A DNA stretch of 64,000 bases from an uncultured Gammaproteobacteria bacterium (GTDB taxonomy: Bacteria > Pseudomonadota > Gammaproteobacteria > Magnimaribacterales > TMED112). The first letter of the stretch is position 1. Every line of letters begins with the position of its first letter. A program made the position numbers and the translations under genes. The notes under the pieces are model-generated. The model had not been told where the DNA came from, did not search any database, and saw nothing but the letters and a program-made list of their open reading frames with translations. Below, piece by piece: positions 1 through 8,908 of the stretch. The stretch covers positions 11,667-75,666 of the forward strand of contig CAJWAI010000002.1 in NCBI GenBank assembly GCA_913020145.1, written 5' to 3'.

Positions 1-597
1 GAAGATTTATCTGATTCAAAGTGGAAAGGACGTATTGTAATTAGAAGTTCATCAAATATGTATAATCAATCATTAGTTGCATCTTTAATCTCAAATAATG
101 GCATAGAAGCAACAGAAAAATGGGCAAAAGAACTAGTTTCAAATTTTGCTAGAAAACCACAAGGAAATGATAGATCACAAATTTTAGCTGTAGCTAATGG
201 AGAGGCAGACATTGCTATTGCAAATACATATTATCTTGGCTATATGCTCTCAGGACGAGGGGGTGAAGAGCAGGAAATGGCTGGTAATAAGGTTAAGATC
301 TACTTCCCAAACCAGGACAATAGAGGCACACATGTAAATATAAGCGGAGGTGGAGTTTTAAAAAATGCCCCAAATAAAGCTAATGCTGTTAAATTTTTAG
401 AATTTTTACTTACAGAAAAAGCACAAACTCATATTGTTAATAATACTTTTGAATATCCAATACTGGATACTGTAATGCCTAATCCACTGATAGCTCAATT
501 TGGCACTGATTTCAAAATTGATAGTACTTCTGTTGCTGATTTTGGGGATCTAAATCCTGAAGCTGTAAAATTGATGGATAGGGCAGGATGGAGATAA
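1..597 (+). CDS. Fe(3+) ABC transporter periplasmic substrate-binding protein, C-terminal part (5' end upstream of window)
   Basis: Frame 1 is open from base 1 (EDLSDSKWKGRIVIRSSSNMYNQSL...). The IANTYYLGYM segment and the position directly upstream of a two-domain permease plus ATPase fit the FbpA/AfuA/FutA family. Confidence 0.75.
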   Translation, partial: EDLSDSKWKGRIVIRSSSNMYNQSLVASLISNNGIEATEKWAKELVSNFARKPQGNDRSQILAVANGEADIAIANTYYLGYMLSGRGGEEQEMAGNKVKIYFPNQDNRGTHVNISGGGVLKNAPNKANAVKFLEFLLTEKAQTHIVNNTFEYPILDTVMPNPLIAQFGTDFKIDSTSVADFGDLNPEAVKLMDRAGWR

Positions 598-644
598 CCT
601 AACTTATTTTGATATAGTGAAATCTAATAACATATATTTATAAA

Positions 645-2249
645 GTGTTTAAACTACCTAGCCTATCTTTCTGGAATCTAATTCCCTTATTGACGCTTTT
701 AATCTTTATCATACCGATTTTAATAGTTGTATTTAGTTTATTTAGTGGCTTCTCCGAGAATATTAACCATATTTTCAATTACCTTTTATTTGAGTATGTT
801 TCCAATTCACTTATTTTAGTAATTGGAGTTTCTTTTCTCGTATTTCTTATTGGAGTCAGTACAGCATGGCTAGTAACTAATTATAGTTTTTATGGGAAGA
901 ATTTTTTTGAGTGGGCCTTAATTCTTCCACTAGCAATACCACCATATATCCTTGCTTACACATTTACAGGCCTATTTGATAATTTCGGTACCTTGAATAA
1001 CCTTGCTAGAGATATTTTTTTTCTCGATGAAAGTACAGTACTTTTTCCAAATGTAAGAAATATTTATGGCGGAATTATTATTTTTGCTTTTACTCTTTAT
1101 CCATATCTTTATCTTTTAGCAAGAATGTCATTTTTAAATCAATCTAAATCAATGATTGAATCAGGAATAATGCTAGGACTAAATCAATTTCAAGTTTTTT
1201 ATAAGGTAGCTTTACCACTAATAAGACCAGCAATTATAGGAGGCCTTATGTTAGTTTCAATGGAAGTTCTTTCAGATTTTGGTGCTGTTGAACATTTTGC
1301 TATACCAACATTTACAACTGGCATATTTAGGACTTGGCAGGGCCTGTATGATTTAACTAGCGCTATGCAGCTGGCATCAATTTTATTAATAATTATTACA
1401 GTTTTTATAATTGCTGAAAGAAAATCAAGAAGAGGGGCCATGTATTCTCCACAATCTTCTAATTTTAAGCCTATTAAAGAAGAAAAATTAAAGGGAATAA
1501 AAAGTGCTATAGCATTTTTCATCTGCCTTATACCAATACTTATAGGTTTTGTATTGCCTGTTTTTGAATTATCTGTTTGGGCTTTTAGTTATAACACAGC
1601 ATTTTTTAGTGAGAAATTTTTTCAGACAGCTTTAAATACAATAATAGTATCTATTTCTGCTGCTGTATTATGTGCAATACTCGCATTAATAGTTAACTTT
1701 TCAGTACGATTTAATAACAATAAACCCTTGAGCTCATTAAGTTCGCTTCTGACAATTGGATATGGTATGCCTGGATTGATATTGGCAATTGGAATAGTTA
1801 AGTTAACAACCACTTTAGATGCTAATTTCGATTTATTTATCACAGGATCATTATTTGGTCTCATAGTTGCTTATTTAATAAAATCATATGCATTACCTAA
1901 TTTATCTATTGAAGCCGGATTCAACAGGATAAACAAAAAAATTGATGATTCTGCAAGAACACTAAAATCTACAGGTTGGCATATGTTGCTAAATGTACAT
2001 TTTCCACTTCTTAGAGGAAGCATACTCACTGCAACTTTGTTAGGATTTTCTGAGATTGTAAAAGAACTTCCAGCAACCCTAATTTTAAGACCATTTAATT
2101 TTGATACCCTTGCAGTTTCTACATATTTATATGCTGCAGAAGAAAGAATGTTTGAGGCAGCAGCTCCAGCAATATCAATAGTACTAATAGGGCTAATCCC
2201 AATATTTTTTCTTTCACGAATGATTAGGAACTCAAAGCCTGTAAAATAA
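645..2249 (+). CDS. Iron(III) ABC transporter permease, duplicated MalFG-type domain (FbpB-like)
   Basis: 534 aa polytopic membrane protein with two permease halves. GTG start. Lies between the binding protein and the ATPase. Confidence 0.85.
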   Translation: MFKLPSLSFWNLIPLLTLLIFIIPILIVVFSLFSGFSENINHIFNYLLFEYVSNSLILVIGVSFLVFLIGVSTAWLVTNYSFYGKNFFEWALILPLAIPPYILAYTFTGLFDNFGTLNNLARDIFFLDESTVLFPNVRNIYGGIIIFAFTLYPYLYLLARMSFLNQSKSMIESGIMLGLNQFQVFYKVALPLIRPAIIGGLMLVSMEVLSDFGAVEHFAIPTFTTGIFRTWQGLYDLTSAMQLASILLIIITVFIIAERKSRRGAMYSPQSSNFKPIKEEKLKGIKSAIAFFICLIPILIGFVLPVFELSVWAFSYNTAFFSEKFFQTALNTIIVSISAAVLCAILALIVNFSVRFNNNKPLSSLSSLLTIGYGMPGLILAIGIVKLTTTLDANFDLFITGSLFGLIVAYLIKSYALPNLSIEAGFNRINKKIDDSARTLKSTGWHMLLNVHFPLLRGSILTATLLGFSEIVKELPATLILRPFNFDTLAVSTYLYAAEERMFEAAAPAISIVLIGLIPIFFLSRMIRNSKPVK

Positions 2250-2254
2250 ATCTT

Positions 2255-2902
2255 ATGAAAAAGTTTTTAGAAATTAATAACCTCTCTTTTTCTTATATGA
2301 AAAATGAATTAATTTTGAATCAAGTGAGTTTAAGCATAAACAAAGGAGAGTTTGTATCAGTTCTAGGTGTATCAGGTTCAGGTAAAACAACATTATTGAG
2401 GTTAATAGCTGGTTTAGATAAGCAAAATAGCGGATCAATCATATTAGAAAATAAAGTTATTGCTGATGAGAATTCAACACTTGCTCCAGAAAAAAGAAAT
2501 ATAGGATTGGTTGTTCAGGATAAAGCTTTATTTCCACACCTTAATGTGAAGGAAAATATTATGTTTGGAATTCGGAAGTTAAAAAATAAAGAGAATCTAG
2601 CTATGGAAATGATGAAATTATTTAGAATTGATCATCATATGGCTAAATATCCTCATGAATTATCAGGAGGAGAGCAGCAAAGAGTGGCACTAGCAAGAGC
2701 TTTAGTACCAAAACCGCAGCTATTACTCCTTGATGAACCATTTGATGGACTGGATAAAGTACTTAAAGCAGATCTACATATTGAAGTTAAGAAAATAGTT
2801 AAATTAAAAGAAATGACAGTTGTAATGGTAACGCATGATCATGATGAAGCTACATTATTATCAGATAGGGTTTTGTCTATAAAAGACGGCAATATCAATT
2901 AA
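2255..2902 (+). CDS. ABC transporter ATP-binding protein (FbpC-like, short form without C-terminal regulatory domain)
   Basis: Walker A GVSGSGKTT, signature LSGGEQQRVALARAL, Walker B LLLLDEP, H-loop VTHD. Only 215 aa. Confidence 0.85.
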   Translation: MKKFLEINNLSFSYMKNELILNQVSLSINKGEFVSVLGVSGSGKTTLLRLIAGLDKQNSGSIILENKVIADENSTLAPEKRNIGLVVQDKALFPHLNVKENIMFGIRKLKNKENLAMEMMKLFRIDHHMAKYPHELSGGEQQRVALARALVPKPQLLLLDEPFDGLDKVLKADLHIEVKKIVKLKEMTVVMVTHDHDEATLLSDRVLSIKDGNIN

Positions 2903-3696
2903 TCCATTTTTATTCTTATCTGATCAACTAATTCACTTGCTATTAGATTTTTAGAATGAGAAAAATCATCTGATGAAGAACCATGTAAAGCAACAGCAAC
3001 CTGACAACATTGCATAATTTCTAGCCCTTGTGCCACTAAACCTCCTACTAATCCAGCCAATACATCTCCAGTTCCAGCAGTACTAAGTTTACAGTCACCA
3101 TTCATACATCTATAGACCTTCTTTCCATCAGATATTAATGTCCTATAGCCTTTCAATATCACACAAGAATTATATTTATTGCTGATAGTAAGAATAGATT
3201 TAACTCTATTGTCTTTGATCTCTGAAGAAGAGACACCTAATAATTTAGCTGCTTCTCCTTCATGAGGTAATAGGATTTTTGCTTTTAAAGAATTATCAAT
3301 TTTTATCTGTTCAATATATGCAGCATCTAGAATTGTTGTAAATGGTCTATTCTTGATGAGATCATACGTTTTTCGAGTCCATTTATTATTAAGCGTTCCA
3401 GGACCCGCCAATATAGGAATGTTATCTGAAAGTATTTCAGCTAATCTATCCTGATTATCAAAAACTATTATTTCTGGAAATTCTTTAAGAACTTTTATTA
3501 CATTTTGGCTTTTAGTGTATAAGTATGCCAGCCCAACACCTGACTTAATTGCCATTTGAGCAGCTAAAATTATTGCACCTGGATAGTTTTCATCGCCACC
3601 AATAATAAGTAGTTGGCCAGAATCATATTTATTAGAATTAATATCTCTTTTTGGCAAAAACTTTTTGACGTCTTCAAAATCAAAATCAATTATCAT
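2899..3696 (-). CDS. nnrD: ADP-dependent NAD(P)H-hydrate dehydratase (YjeF C-terminal domain type)
   Basis: NKYDSGQLLIIGGDENYPGAIILAA N-terminus and the TAGTGDVLAG motif are characteristic of YjeF_C carbohydrate-kinase-like proteins. No epimerase domain. Confidence 0.8.
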   Translation of the reverse strand: MIIDFDFEDVKKFLPKRDINSNKYDSGQLLIIGGDENYPGAIILAAQMAIKSGVGLAYLYTKSQNVIKVLKEFPEIIVFDNQDRLAEILSDNIPILAGPGTLNNKWTRKTYDLIKNRPFTTILDAAYIEQIKIDNSLKAKILLPHEGEAAKLLGVSSSEIKDNRVKSILTISNKYNSCVILKGYRTLISDGKKVYRCMNGDCKLSTAGTGDVLAGLVGGLVAQGLEIMQCCQVAVALHGSSSDDFSHSKNLIASELVDQIRIKMD

Positions 3697-3733
3697 TAAT
3701 TAATAGTATAAAATACTGATAGTTTTTTTGATC

Positions 3734-4693
3734 ATGGGCAAAATTAAATATTTATTAATTATTTTTTTTACTTCATTCGTTTATGCAGAGACTGATGGCT
3801 ATGCAAAAAATGGTGATATTGAAATTTACTATATTGATTATGGGCCAGAAGAGGGCACTCCAGTTTTATTAGTTCAAGGCTTAGGAGGGCAATTAACGTT
3901 CTGGCCAGATGAATTGATAGAAATGTTTAAAGAGAATGGTTTTAGACCTATTGTTTACGATAATAGAGATGTAGGGCTATCTCATAGTTTTGAAGAATAT
4001 GGAAAACCAAATTTTGTTTGGAATTACATAAAATTTTACTTACGTCTGCCAATAAATTCAGTTTATTCGTTAACAGATATGTCAAATGATGGCATTGCAG
4101 TATTGGATGAGCTTGAAATTGAAAAATCACATGTTTTGGCTCAATCAATGGGTGGGATGATAACCCAGAGAATGGTTGCAGATAATAATGACAGGTTCAT
4201 ATCATATGTTCTTATCGCTTCGATGGCTGAAACACCGAATGTTAGCAATTCACCTAAAGGGGAATTAAGGGATCTCATCGAAAGTAGATCATTCAAGGAA
4301 GAATCGATTGACGAAAGGGTAGCTAGATCATTACGAATTTTTCAGATATTGAGTTCTGAGGGTGTAGTGATCGACGAAGATAGGTTTAGAGAAGAAGCAA
4401 TAAAAAATATAGAAAGAAGCCCAAATGATAGCGGTTTTTCAAGACAACTAATAGCAATACTAGCTGATGACAATAGATTTAATGAAGTAAAAAGAATATC
4501 AGTTCCAACCTTAGTTATTCATGGAAAGCTTGATCCATTAGTTCCTTTTGATGAAGGCAAAAAAACTGCTGAATCAATTCCAAACAGTAAGTTTATTGCA
4601 GTTGAAAAGATGCGTCATTTAATAGATGAGCCAGTACTAGAAGTTATAGAAGATCCGCTAATAGAACATCTAAGAAATGCTGAAGCTAACTAG
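3734..4693 (+). CDS. Secreted alpha/beta-fold hydrolase
   Basis: Signal-like N-terminus MGKIKYLLIIFFTSFVYA. Nucleophile elbow AQSMGG. C-terminal VIHGKLDP...H arrangement. ATG at 3734 preferred over the TTG at 3728. Confidence 0.75.
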   Translation: MGKIKYLLIIFFTSFVYAETDGYAKNGDIEIYYIDYGPEEGTPVLLVQGLGGQLTFWPDELIEMFKENGFRPIVYDNRDVGLSHSFEEYGKPNFVWNYIKFYLRLPINSVYSLTDMSNDGIAVLDELEIEKSHVLAQSMGGMITQRMVADNNDRFISYVLIASMAETPNVSNSPKGELRDLIESRSFKEESIDERVARSLRIFQILSSEGVVIDEDRFREEAIKNIERSPNDSGFSRQLIAILADDNRFNEVKRISVPTLVIHGKLDPLVPFDEGKKTAESIPNSKFIAVEKMRHLIDEPVLEVIEDPLIEHLRNAEAN

Positions 4694-5505
4694 TTAAGAC
4701 TTTCGTAAGATCCGATTATTCTAATTTCTTCTGACATTCCCTCAAGCGTATCTAGAAGTTTTATTATGTTCTTGTCCTCATAGAAACCTTCAAAATCAAT
4801 AAAAAATGTATGTAAAAAGTCATTATTTCTAGACGGCCTTGTTTCAATTCTAGTCATATTCACATCTAAATCAGCAAAAGGCTTAAGAATTTTCATTAAT
4901 GACCCAGGTTCATCTTGTATGTTGATCATGACTGAGGTTTTGTTGGTTTTACCTTTATCTTCGATCATTTTTCCAATAACAAGGAATCTTGTCTTATTGT
5001 CTGTACTATCTTGTATATCTTCCTCATGCGCATGTAATCCAAAGATTTCAACTGCATGTGAGTTTGCAATACAATAAATAGAAGAATCTTCTCTTGCATG
5101 CGAAGCTGCTTCCGCTGTACTAGTAGATACAATTTTTTCAGCATTAGGATAATACTTTCTGATCCAATTATTGCATTGACCAAAAACTTGAGGGTGAGAG
5201 GTAATCTTTTTTACATCATTAGGATTAAGTTCATTATTTGAAGAACAGAAAATATGCGAAACATTAAAGTTATATTCTTTTGTAATCTTAAGATCATAGT
5301 CAATTAAACAATTGAGAGACGAATTGATAACTCCTTGATAAGAGTTTTCAAATGGTATCACTCCATAGTAAGAATGGCTCAAAGCAACTTTCTCGAAAAT
5401 ATCTTCTATTGATGCTACAGCAACAAAGTCATCATTATTTGTAAATATTTTGCGTGCAGCTAAGTCAGAGTTTGTACCTTCTGGGCCTAAGTAGAAAATT
5501 TTCAT
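4690..5505 (-). CDS. pheA: Prephenate dehydratase (monofunctional, with ACT domain)
   Basis: YLGPEGTNS, ENSYQGVI, TRFLVIG and the ACT-region GSLMKILKPF...TRIETRPSR motifs. No chorismate mutase domain. Confidence 0.85.
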   Translation of the reverse strand: MKIFYLGPEGTNSDLAARKIFTNNDDFVAVASIEDIFEKVALSHSYYGVIPFENSYQGVINSSLNCLIDYDLKITKEYNFNVSHIFCSSNNELNPNDVKKITSHPQVFGQCNNWIRKYYPNAEKIVSTSTAEAASHAREDSSIYCIANSHAVEIFGLHAHEEDIQDSTDNKTRFLVIGKMIEDKGKTNKTSVMINIQDEPGSLMKILKPFADLDVNMTRIETRPSRNNDFLHTFFIDFEGFYEDKNIIKLLDTLEGMSEEIRIIGSYESLN

Positions 5506-5532
5506 TCAAGGATTGTAAGGTTTTTTAGACAT

Positions 5533-5562
5533 AAAAAAAACTGAGCAAGCTCAGTTTTTTTT
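5533..5562. terminator. Symmetric intrinsic terminator hairpin (A8-CTGAG-CAAG-CTCAG-T8)
   Basis: Perfect palindrome flanked by an 8-A run and an 8-T run. On the minus strand it sits 27 nt upstream of the pheA ATG. Confidence 0.7.
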
Positions 5563-5757
5563 AATTCGAGATCAGTAGGTGTCAAAAGTGAGATTACCTT
5601 CTGCATCCTTGAGTAAGATCTCTTTTACTCTCGGTGGTCAAATTCGGTCTTTTGCATGCTGACCTTCTTTGAACTTTCACCTTTCTGGTCTCTTCCTAAG
5701 TTAACTTTCTCATTCTTGGTTCTGCAGTTCCTTTCCTGATCTTGTTATCTTTAGGTA
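5563..5757 (-). promoter_or_regulatory. ORF-poor, relatively GC-richer leader / candidate structured RNA upstream of pheA
   Basis: No ORF of 60 aa or more on either strand. Composition is distinct from the flanking A/T-tract DNA. Has repeated AGATCTTAC segments and a complementary GGTAATCTC, plus 5' AGATCAGG pairing with 3' CCTACTGATCT. Ends at the terminator above. Confidence 0.35.
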
Positions 5758-5763
5758 AGATCT

Positions 5764-5792
5764 AATTTAAAATGTGTTACGACTTATTGCAA
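5764..5792 (-). promoter_or_regulatory. Candidate sigma70-type promoter for the pheA leader
   Basis: On the minus strand: TTGCAA (5792-5787), 17-nt spacer, TAAATT (5769-5764), with A-tracts further upstream. Each hexamer matches consensus only 4/6. Confidence 0.3.
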
Positions 5793-6011
5793 TACTTTTA
5801 GTGAAATAAATACCACTTTTTTTTATCTTTTTTTAAACCCCTTTTTTAATGGGCCTTTCAGAGGCTAAAAAAATTCATTTTTTTTTGTTTTTTTATTTCA
5901 ATGATTTAGTAATTGTATAAAAAATGAACAATCTGTATATTAATTCATCAAATGTATTTGTAAAAATATATTAAATATTCATTTATACTAGATTTAACAA
6001 AGGAGTTTTCA

Positions 6012-6803
6012 ATGAGTACAGTATTAATTACAGGACCAACGGCAGGTATTGGTAAATCTTTAGCAGTACAGATGGCAGAAAAAGGCTATGATTTATTGTT
6101 AGTAGCTAGAAGAGAACACAGATTAAAAGAAATTTCTGCGGAAATTAAAGAAAAATATAATGTAAAAGTTGACTATTTTGTTGCTGATCTAAAGGATAAA
6201 AGTGCTCCTCAAGCAATCTACAATTTTACAAAATCGCTAAATCTAGATATATCAACATTAATGCTTAATGCAGGTTATCAAATAAACACAAAACTTGAAG
6301 ATGCATCACTTGATGATGAGGAAGATTGTTTAAGAGTATTAGGTATTTCTGTAATCATGCTAACTAAATTATTCTTAAATAATTTAAAACAGCGTGGAGG
6401 CGGGCATATTATGGTTGTATCTTCAATGGCTGCATTCGCACCACCCTCTGGTGAGTTCGCTGTTCTTTATGGCCCAGTTAAAACTTTCATGAATAGATTT
6501 GTAGAAGCTCTAAATGGTGCATATAACAAACATAATATTTTTGCTACATCCGCATGTCCTGGATTTACTATTACTGAATTTCATGAAGTAAGTGGTGTTC
6601 AAGAAAGAATGGATAAAGTTCCAAATTATATGAAGATGAGTGCTGACGATGTAGCGAAAGAAAGTATTAATGGAATGTTCAAAAGAAAAGAAGTAATAAT
6701 AACTGGCGGATTAAATAGATTTTTAGTTGCTACTCTTAGGTGGTTCCCTAAATCTCTTATAAAGGTAATAGGAAATGCTTTAGCTGGCGGAAGATATAAG
6801 TAG
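6012..6803 (+). CDS. Short-chain dehydrogenase/reductase (SDR) family oxidoreductase
   Basis: TGPTAGIGKS cofactor motif, catalytic YGPVK with upstream SSMA. AAGGAG RBS at 6001-6006. Confidence 0.85.
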   Translation: MSTVLITGPTAGIGKSLAVQMAEKGYDLLLVARREHRLKEISAEIKEKYNVKVDYFVADLKDKSAPQAIYNFTKSLNLDISTLMLNAGYQINTKLEDASLDDEEDCLRVLGISVIMLTKLFLNNLKQRGGGHIMVVSSMAAFAPPSGEFAVLYGPVKTFMNRFVEALNGAYNKHNIFATSACPGFTITEFHEVSGVQERMDKVPNYMKMSADDVAKESINGMFKRKEVIITGGLNRFLVATLRWFPKSLIKVIGNALAGGRYK

Positions 6804-6859
6804 CTTTCTTTATATATTTTATTGCACACTTATAAAAACGCAGATATTCTACTAAGCGT

Positions 6860-7261
6860 ATGGATAATAGACTGCACCCAGTAGACGCATGGCACCTTTC
6901 ATTAGAAAAGAATGATCCTAACATTCTCTATGATGTATTAGATGATAGCTTTGAATTTTTCTCCCCAGCTGTTTTTAAAAGTAAAGAGAAATACATGGGC
7001 TTTATTTATCTAATGGCAGCATCAGAAACTTTTCTAGGAAAAAATTTTAGCTATAAAAGGCAAATCATAGGAGAAGACAATGCTGTATTAGAATTTGAGT
7101 GCACTATAGATGATGTAGCAGTTAATGGAGTTGATCTATTTAAATGGAATGAGGACAATAAATTTACTGAGATGAAAGTAATGATTAGAACTGAAAAAGC
7201 ATTGGAAGCGGTAAAGTCGGTAATGACGCAGCATCTGATGCGACCAGAAATTTGGAGGTAA
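6860..7261 (+). CDS. NTF2/SnoaL-like fold protein (function unknown)
   Basis: 133 aa. Size and pattern resemble the SnoaL/NTF2-like family. No catalytic motif recognised. Confidence 0.45.
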   Translation: MDNRLHPVDAWHLSLEKNDPNILYDVLDDSFEFFSPAVFKSKEKYMGFIYLMAASETFLGKNFSYKRQIIGEDNAVLEFECTIDDVAVNGVDLFKWNEDNKFTEMKVMIRTEKALEAVKSVMTQHLMRPEIWR

Positions 7262-7262
7262 T

Positions 7263-7682
7263 ATGGCAAAGAAATATGTAAATTATAGAGTTGGTGGAAC
7301 GCCAGAAAAAAAAGACGAAAATTATACTGTTTGGTCAAACGATTTATTGACTAAATTAATAGCTAGTAAAACAGTAATTGAACCTAATAAATCGACAATA
7401 GGACATAGACTTTTAGAAAGCGAAGTGGTTTATGTAATTCTTTCCGGTCGAGGGCTCATGGAAGTTATTGAATATACGAATACTGAAGACGGGCATGGAC
7501 ATGATCCTTCTGCTGGGATTATGCATAAGGATGAATATACTTTATCTACTGGTGATGTAATTCTTGCTGAAGAGGGCGACTATATTAAAGTTGCAAATGA
7601 AAGTGATCATGATCAGTTAGTTTATCTACGAATTTTTGATAAACCTGGCTGGAGAGACAGAGCAGCTAACTCTGAGGATTAG
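7263..7682 (+). CDS. Cupin-like small protein (function unknown)
   Basis: 139 aa. Beta-rich C-terminal half (GDVILAEEGDYIKVANES...LVYLRIF) resembles a cupin barrel. Starts 1 nt after the previous stop. Confidence 0.45.
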   Translation: MAKKYVNYRVGGTPEKKDENYTVWSNDLLTKLIASKTVIEPNKSTIGHRLLESEVVYVILSGRGLMEVIEYTNTEDGHGHDPSAGIMHKDEYTLSTGDVILAEEGDYIKVANESDHDQLVYLRIFDKPGWRDRAANSED

Positions 7683-8069
7683 TTGAAAAAAATATTATTA
7701 GTTTTTTTAATATCAGGCTGGATAAATTCAAAGCCTGAAGTGTATTTTATTGAACCAAATAATGGCGATGTTTTACCTGATACATTTACAGTTAAATTTG
7801 GTCTATCAGATTTTGGTATTGCTCCTGCTGGTTATGATATTCCTATGACAGGACATCATCATTTATTAGTTAATGCTGATTTACCAGAAGATTTATCTTT
7901 ACCAATTAAAGCTGATCAAAACTATATTCATTTTGGTCTTGGCCAAACAGAAGCAGAAATTACACTCGATAAAGGTGTTTATAGATTAAGACTTCTATTG
8001 GGAAATTATTTACATATACCTCATAGCGAACCAATATTCTCTGAAGAAATAATTGTTATCGTTAATTAA
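7683..8069 (+). CDS. Secreted DUF4399-like protein
   Basis: TTG start abutting the previous stop. Signal peptide. The TGHHHLLV motif is recalled as typical of DUF4399. Confidence 0.5.
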   Translation: MKKILLVFLISGWINSKPEVYFIEPNNGDVLPDTFTVKFGLSDFGIAPAGYDIPMTGHHHLLVNADLPEDLSLPIKADQNYIHFGLGQTEAEITLDKGVYRLRLLLGNYLHIPHSEPIFSEEIIVIVN

Positions 8070-8071
8070 TC

Positions 8072-8908
8072 ATGACTGAACTTACAGTTACGCAAGTGTA
8101 TGCAGTAGGTGCTCCAATAATATTAGCTTTAATTTTTATTGAAGCTCTCATTTCAAATTTACAGAATGCATCTTATTACAAGAAGGAAGACACTCTTTGT
8201 ACTATTGGCCTTCTAACTGGCAATATCTTGATGGTTTTTGCTATTAAAGGATTAACACTTGCCCTACATTTTTATTTATATCAATTCAGGCTATTTGATT
8301 TAGCTTCAATAATTCCTTTATGGGCAATGTGGATATTAACTTTTATTCTCATTGATTTAGTCTTTTATATATATCATCGTATTTCTCATAGAAGTAGATT
8401 TCTTTGGGCTATACACATGAGTCATCATTCAAGTGAAGAAATGAATTTTGCTGTTTCTTTTAGGCAGGCATGGCTTGGGCCGATATCAAAAATACCTTTT
8501 TTTATTATTTTGCCTTTAATAGGACTTGATCCAACTATTATTGCAGTTGCAGGAGTAATAAGTACTTTATGGGGAATTTTCGGACATACTCAAGTTATTG
8601 GAAAGCTTGGACCTATAGAGTGGATTTTTAACACACCTTCACATCATAGAGTTCACCATGGAGCAAATGAAGAATACATCGATAAGAATTACGGCAACTT
8701 ACTTATTATTTGGGATCGAATCTTTGGAACATTCGAACCAGAGAAAGCAAATGTTAGATATGGACTGGTGAAAAATGTTAATACATTTAATCCTGTAAAA
8801 ATAACTTTAATGGAATGGAGCTCTATGTATAGTGACATGAGTAAAGCATCAAATCTCCAAGAATTCATTAACATTTTTTTTGGACCACCAAAAACTAGAA
8901 ATAGATGA
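8072..8908 (+). CDS. Fatty acid hydroxylase / sterol desaturase family membrane di-iron enzyme
   Basis: Three histidine boxes (HRISHR, HMSHH, HHRVHH) in a polytopic membrane protein. Confidence 0.8.
   Translation: MTELTVTQVYAVGAPIILALIFIEALISNLQNASYYKKEDTLCTIGLLTGNILMVFAIKGLTLALHFYLYQFRLFDLASIIPLWAMWILTFILIDLVFYIYHRISHRSRFLWAIHMSHHSSEEMNFAVSFRQAWLGPISKIPFFIILPLIGLDPTIIAVAGVISTLWGIFGHTQVIGKLGPIEWIFNTPSHHRVHHGANEEYIDKNYGNLLIIWDRIFGTFEPEKANVRYGLVKNVNTFNPVKITLMEWSSMYSDMSKASNLQEFINIFFGPPKTRNR

Noticed and set aside
1199-1864. Antisense ORFs in the supplied track inside longer genes, for example 1199-1522(-), 1622-1864(-), 3948-4148(-), 4965-5183(-), 14232-14525(+), 26151-26393(+), 32776-33632 (several), 36763-38138 (several), 45262-45792(-) and 56700-58787(-).
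   Set aside because: Each lies wholly within a longer ORF on the opposite strand or in another frame that has clear family motifs. Their products are low-complexity with no recognisable features. They look like shadow ORFs typical of AT-rich DNA.
5563-5757. Attempt to identify the pheA-upstream RNA as a known housekeeping RNA (SRP 4.5S, 6S, tmRNA, RNase P, glycine riboswitch).
   Set aside because: Only vague resemblance was found; for example, GATCAGGAAAGGAACTGCAGAACC against the SRP GGAA/GCAGC region. No acceptor-like end, no conserved tmRNA or RNase P blocks, and the length does not fit. It is left as an unclassified leader or sRNA candidate.
5781-6011. Phased poly-T/poly-A tracts and a small GCCT-ttcag-AGGC hairpin between the pheA leader and the SDR gene, considered as a terminator or repeat element.
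   Set aside because: The stem is only 4 bp. The tracts are more simply explained as curved or UP-element-like promoter DNA serving the two divergent transcription units. I could not define a confident -35/-10 for the SDR gene.
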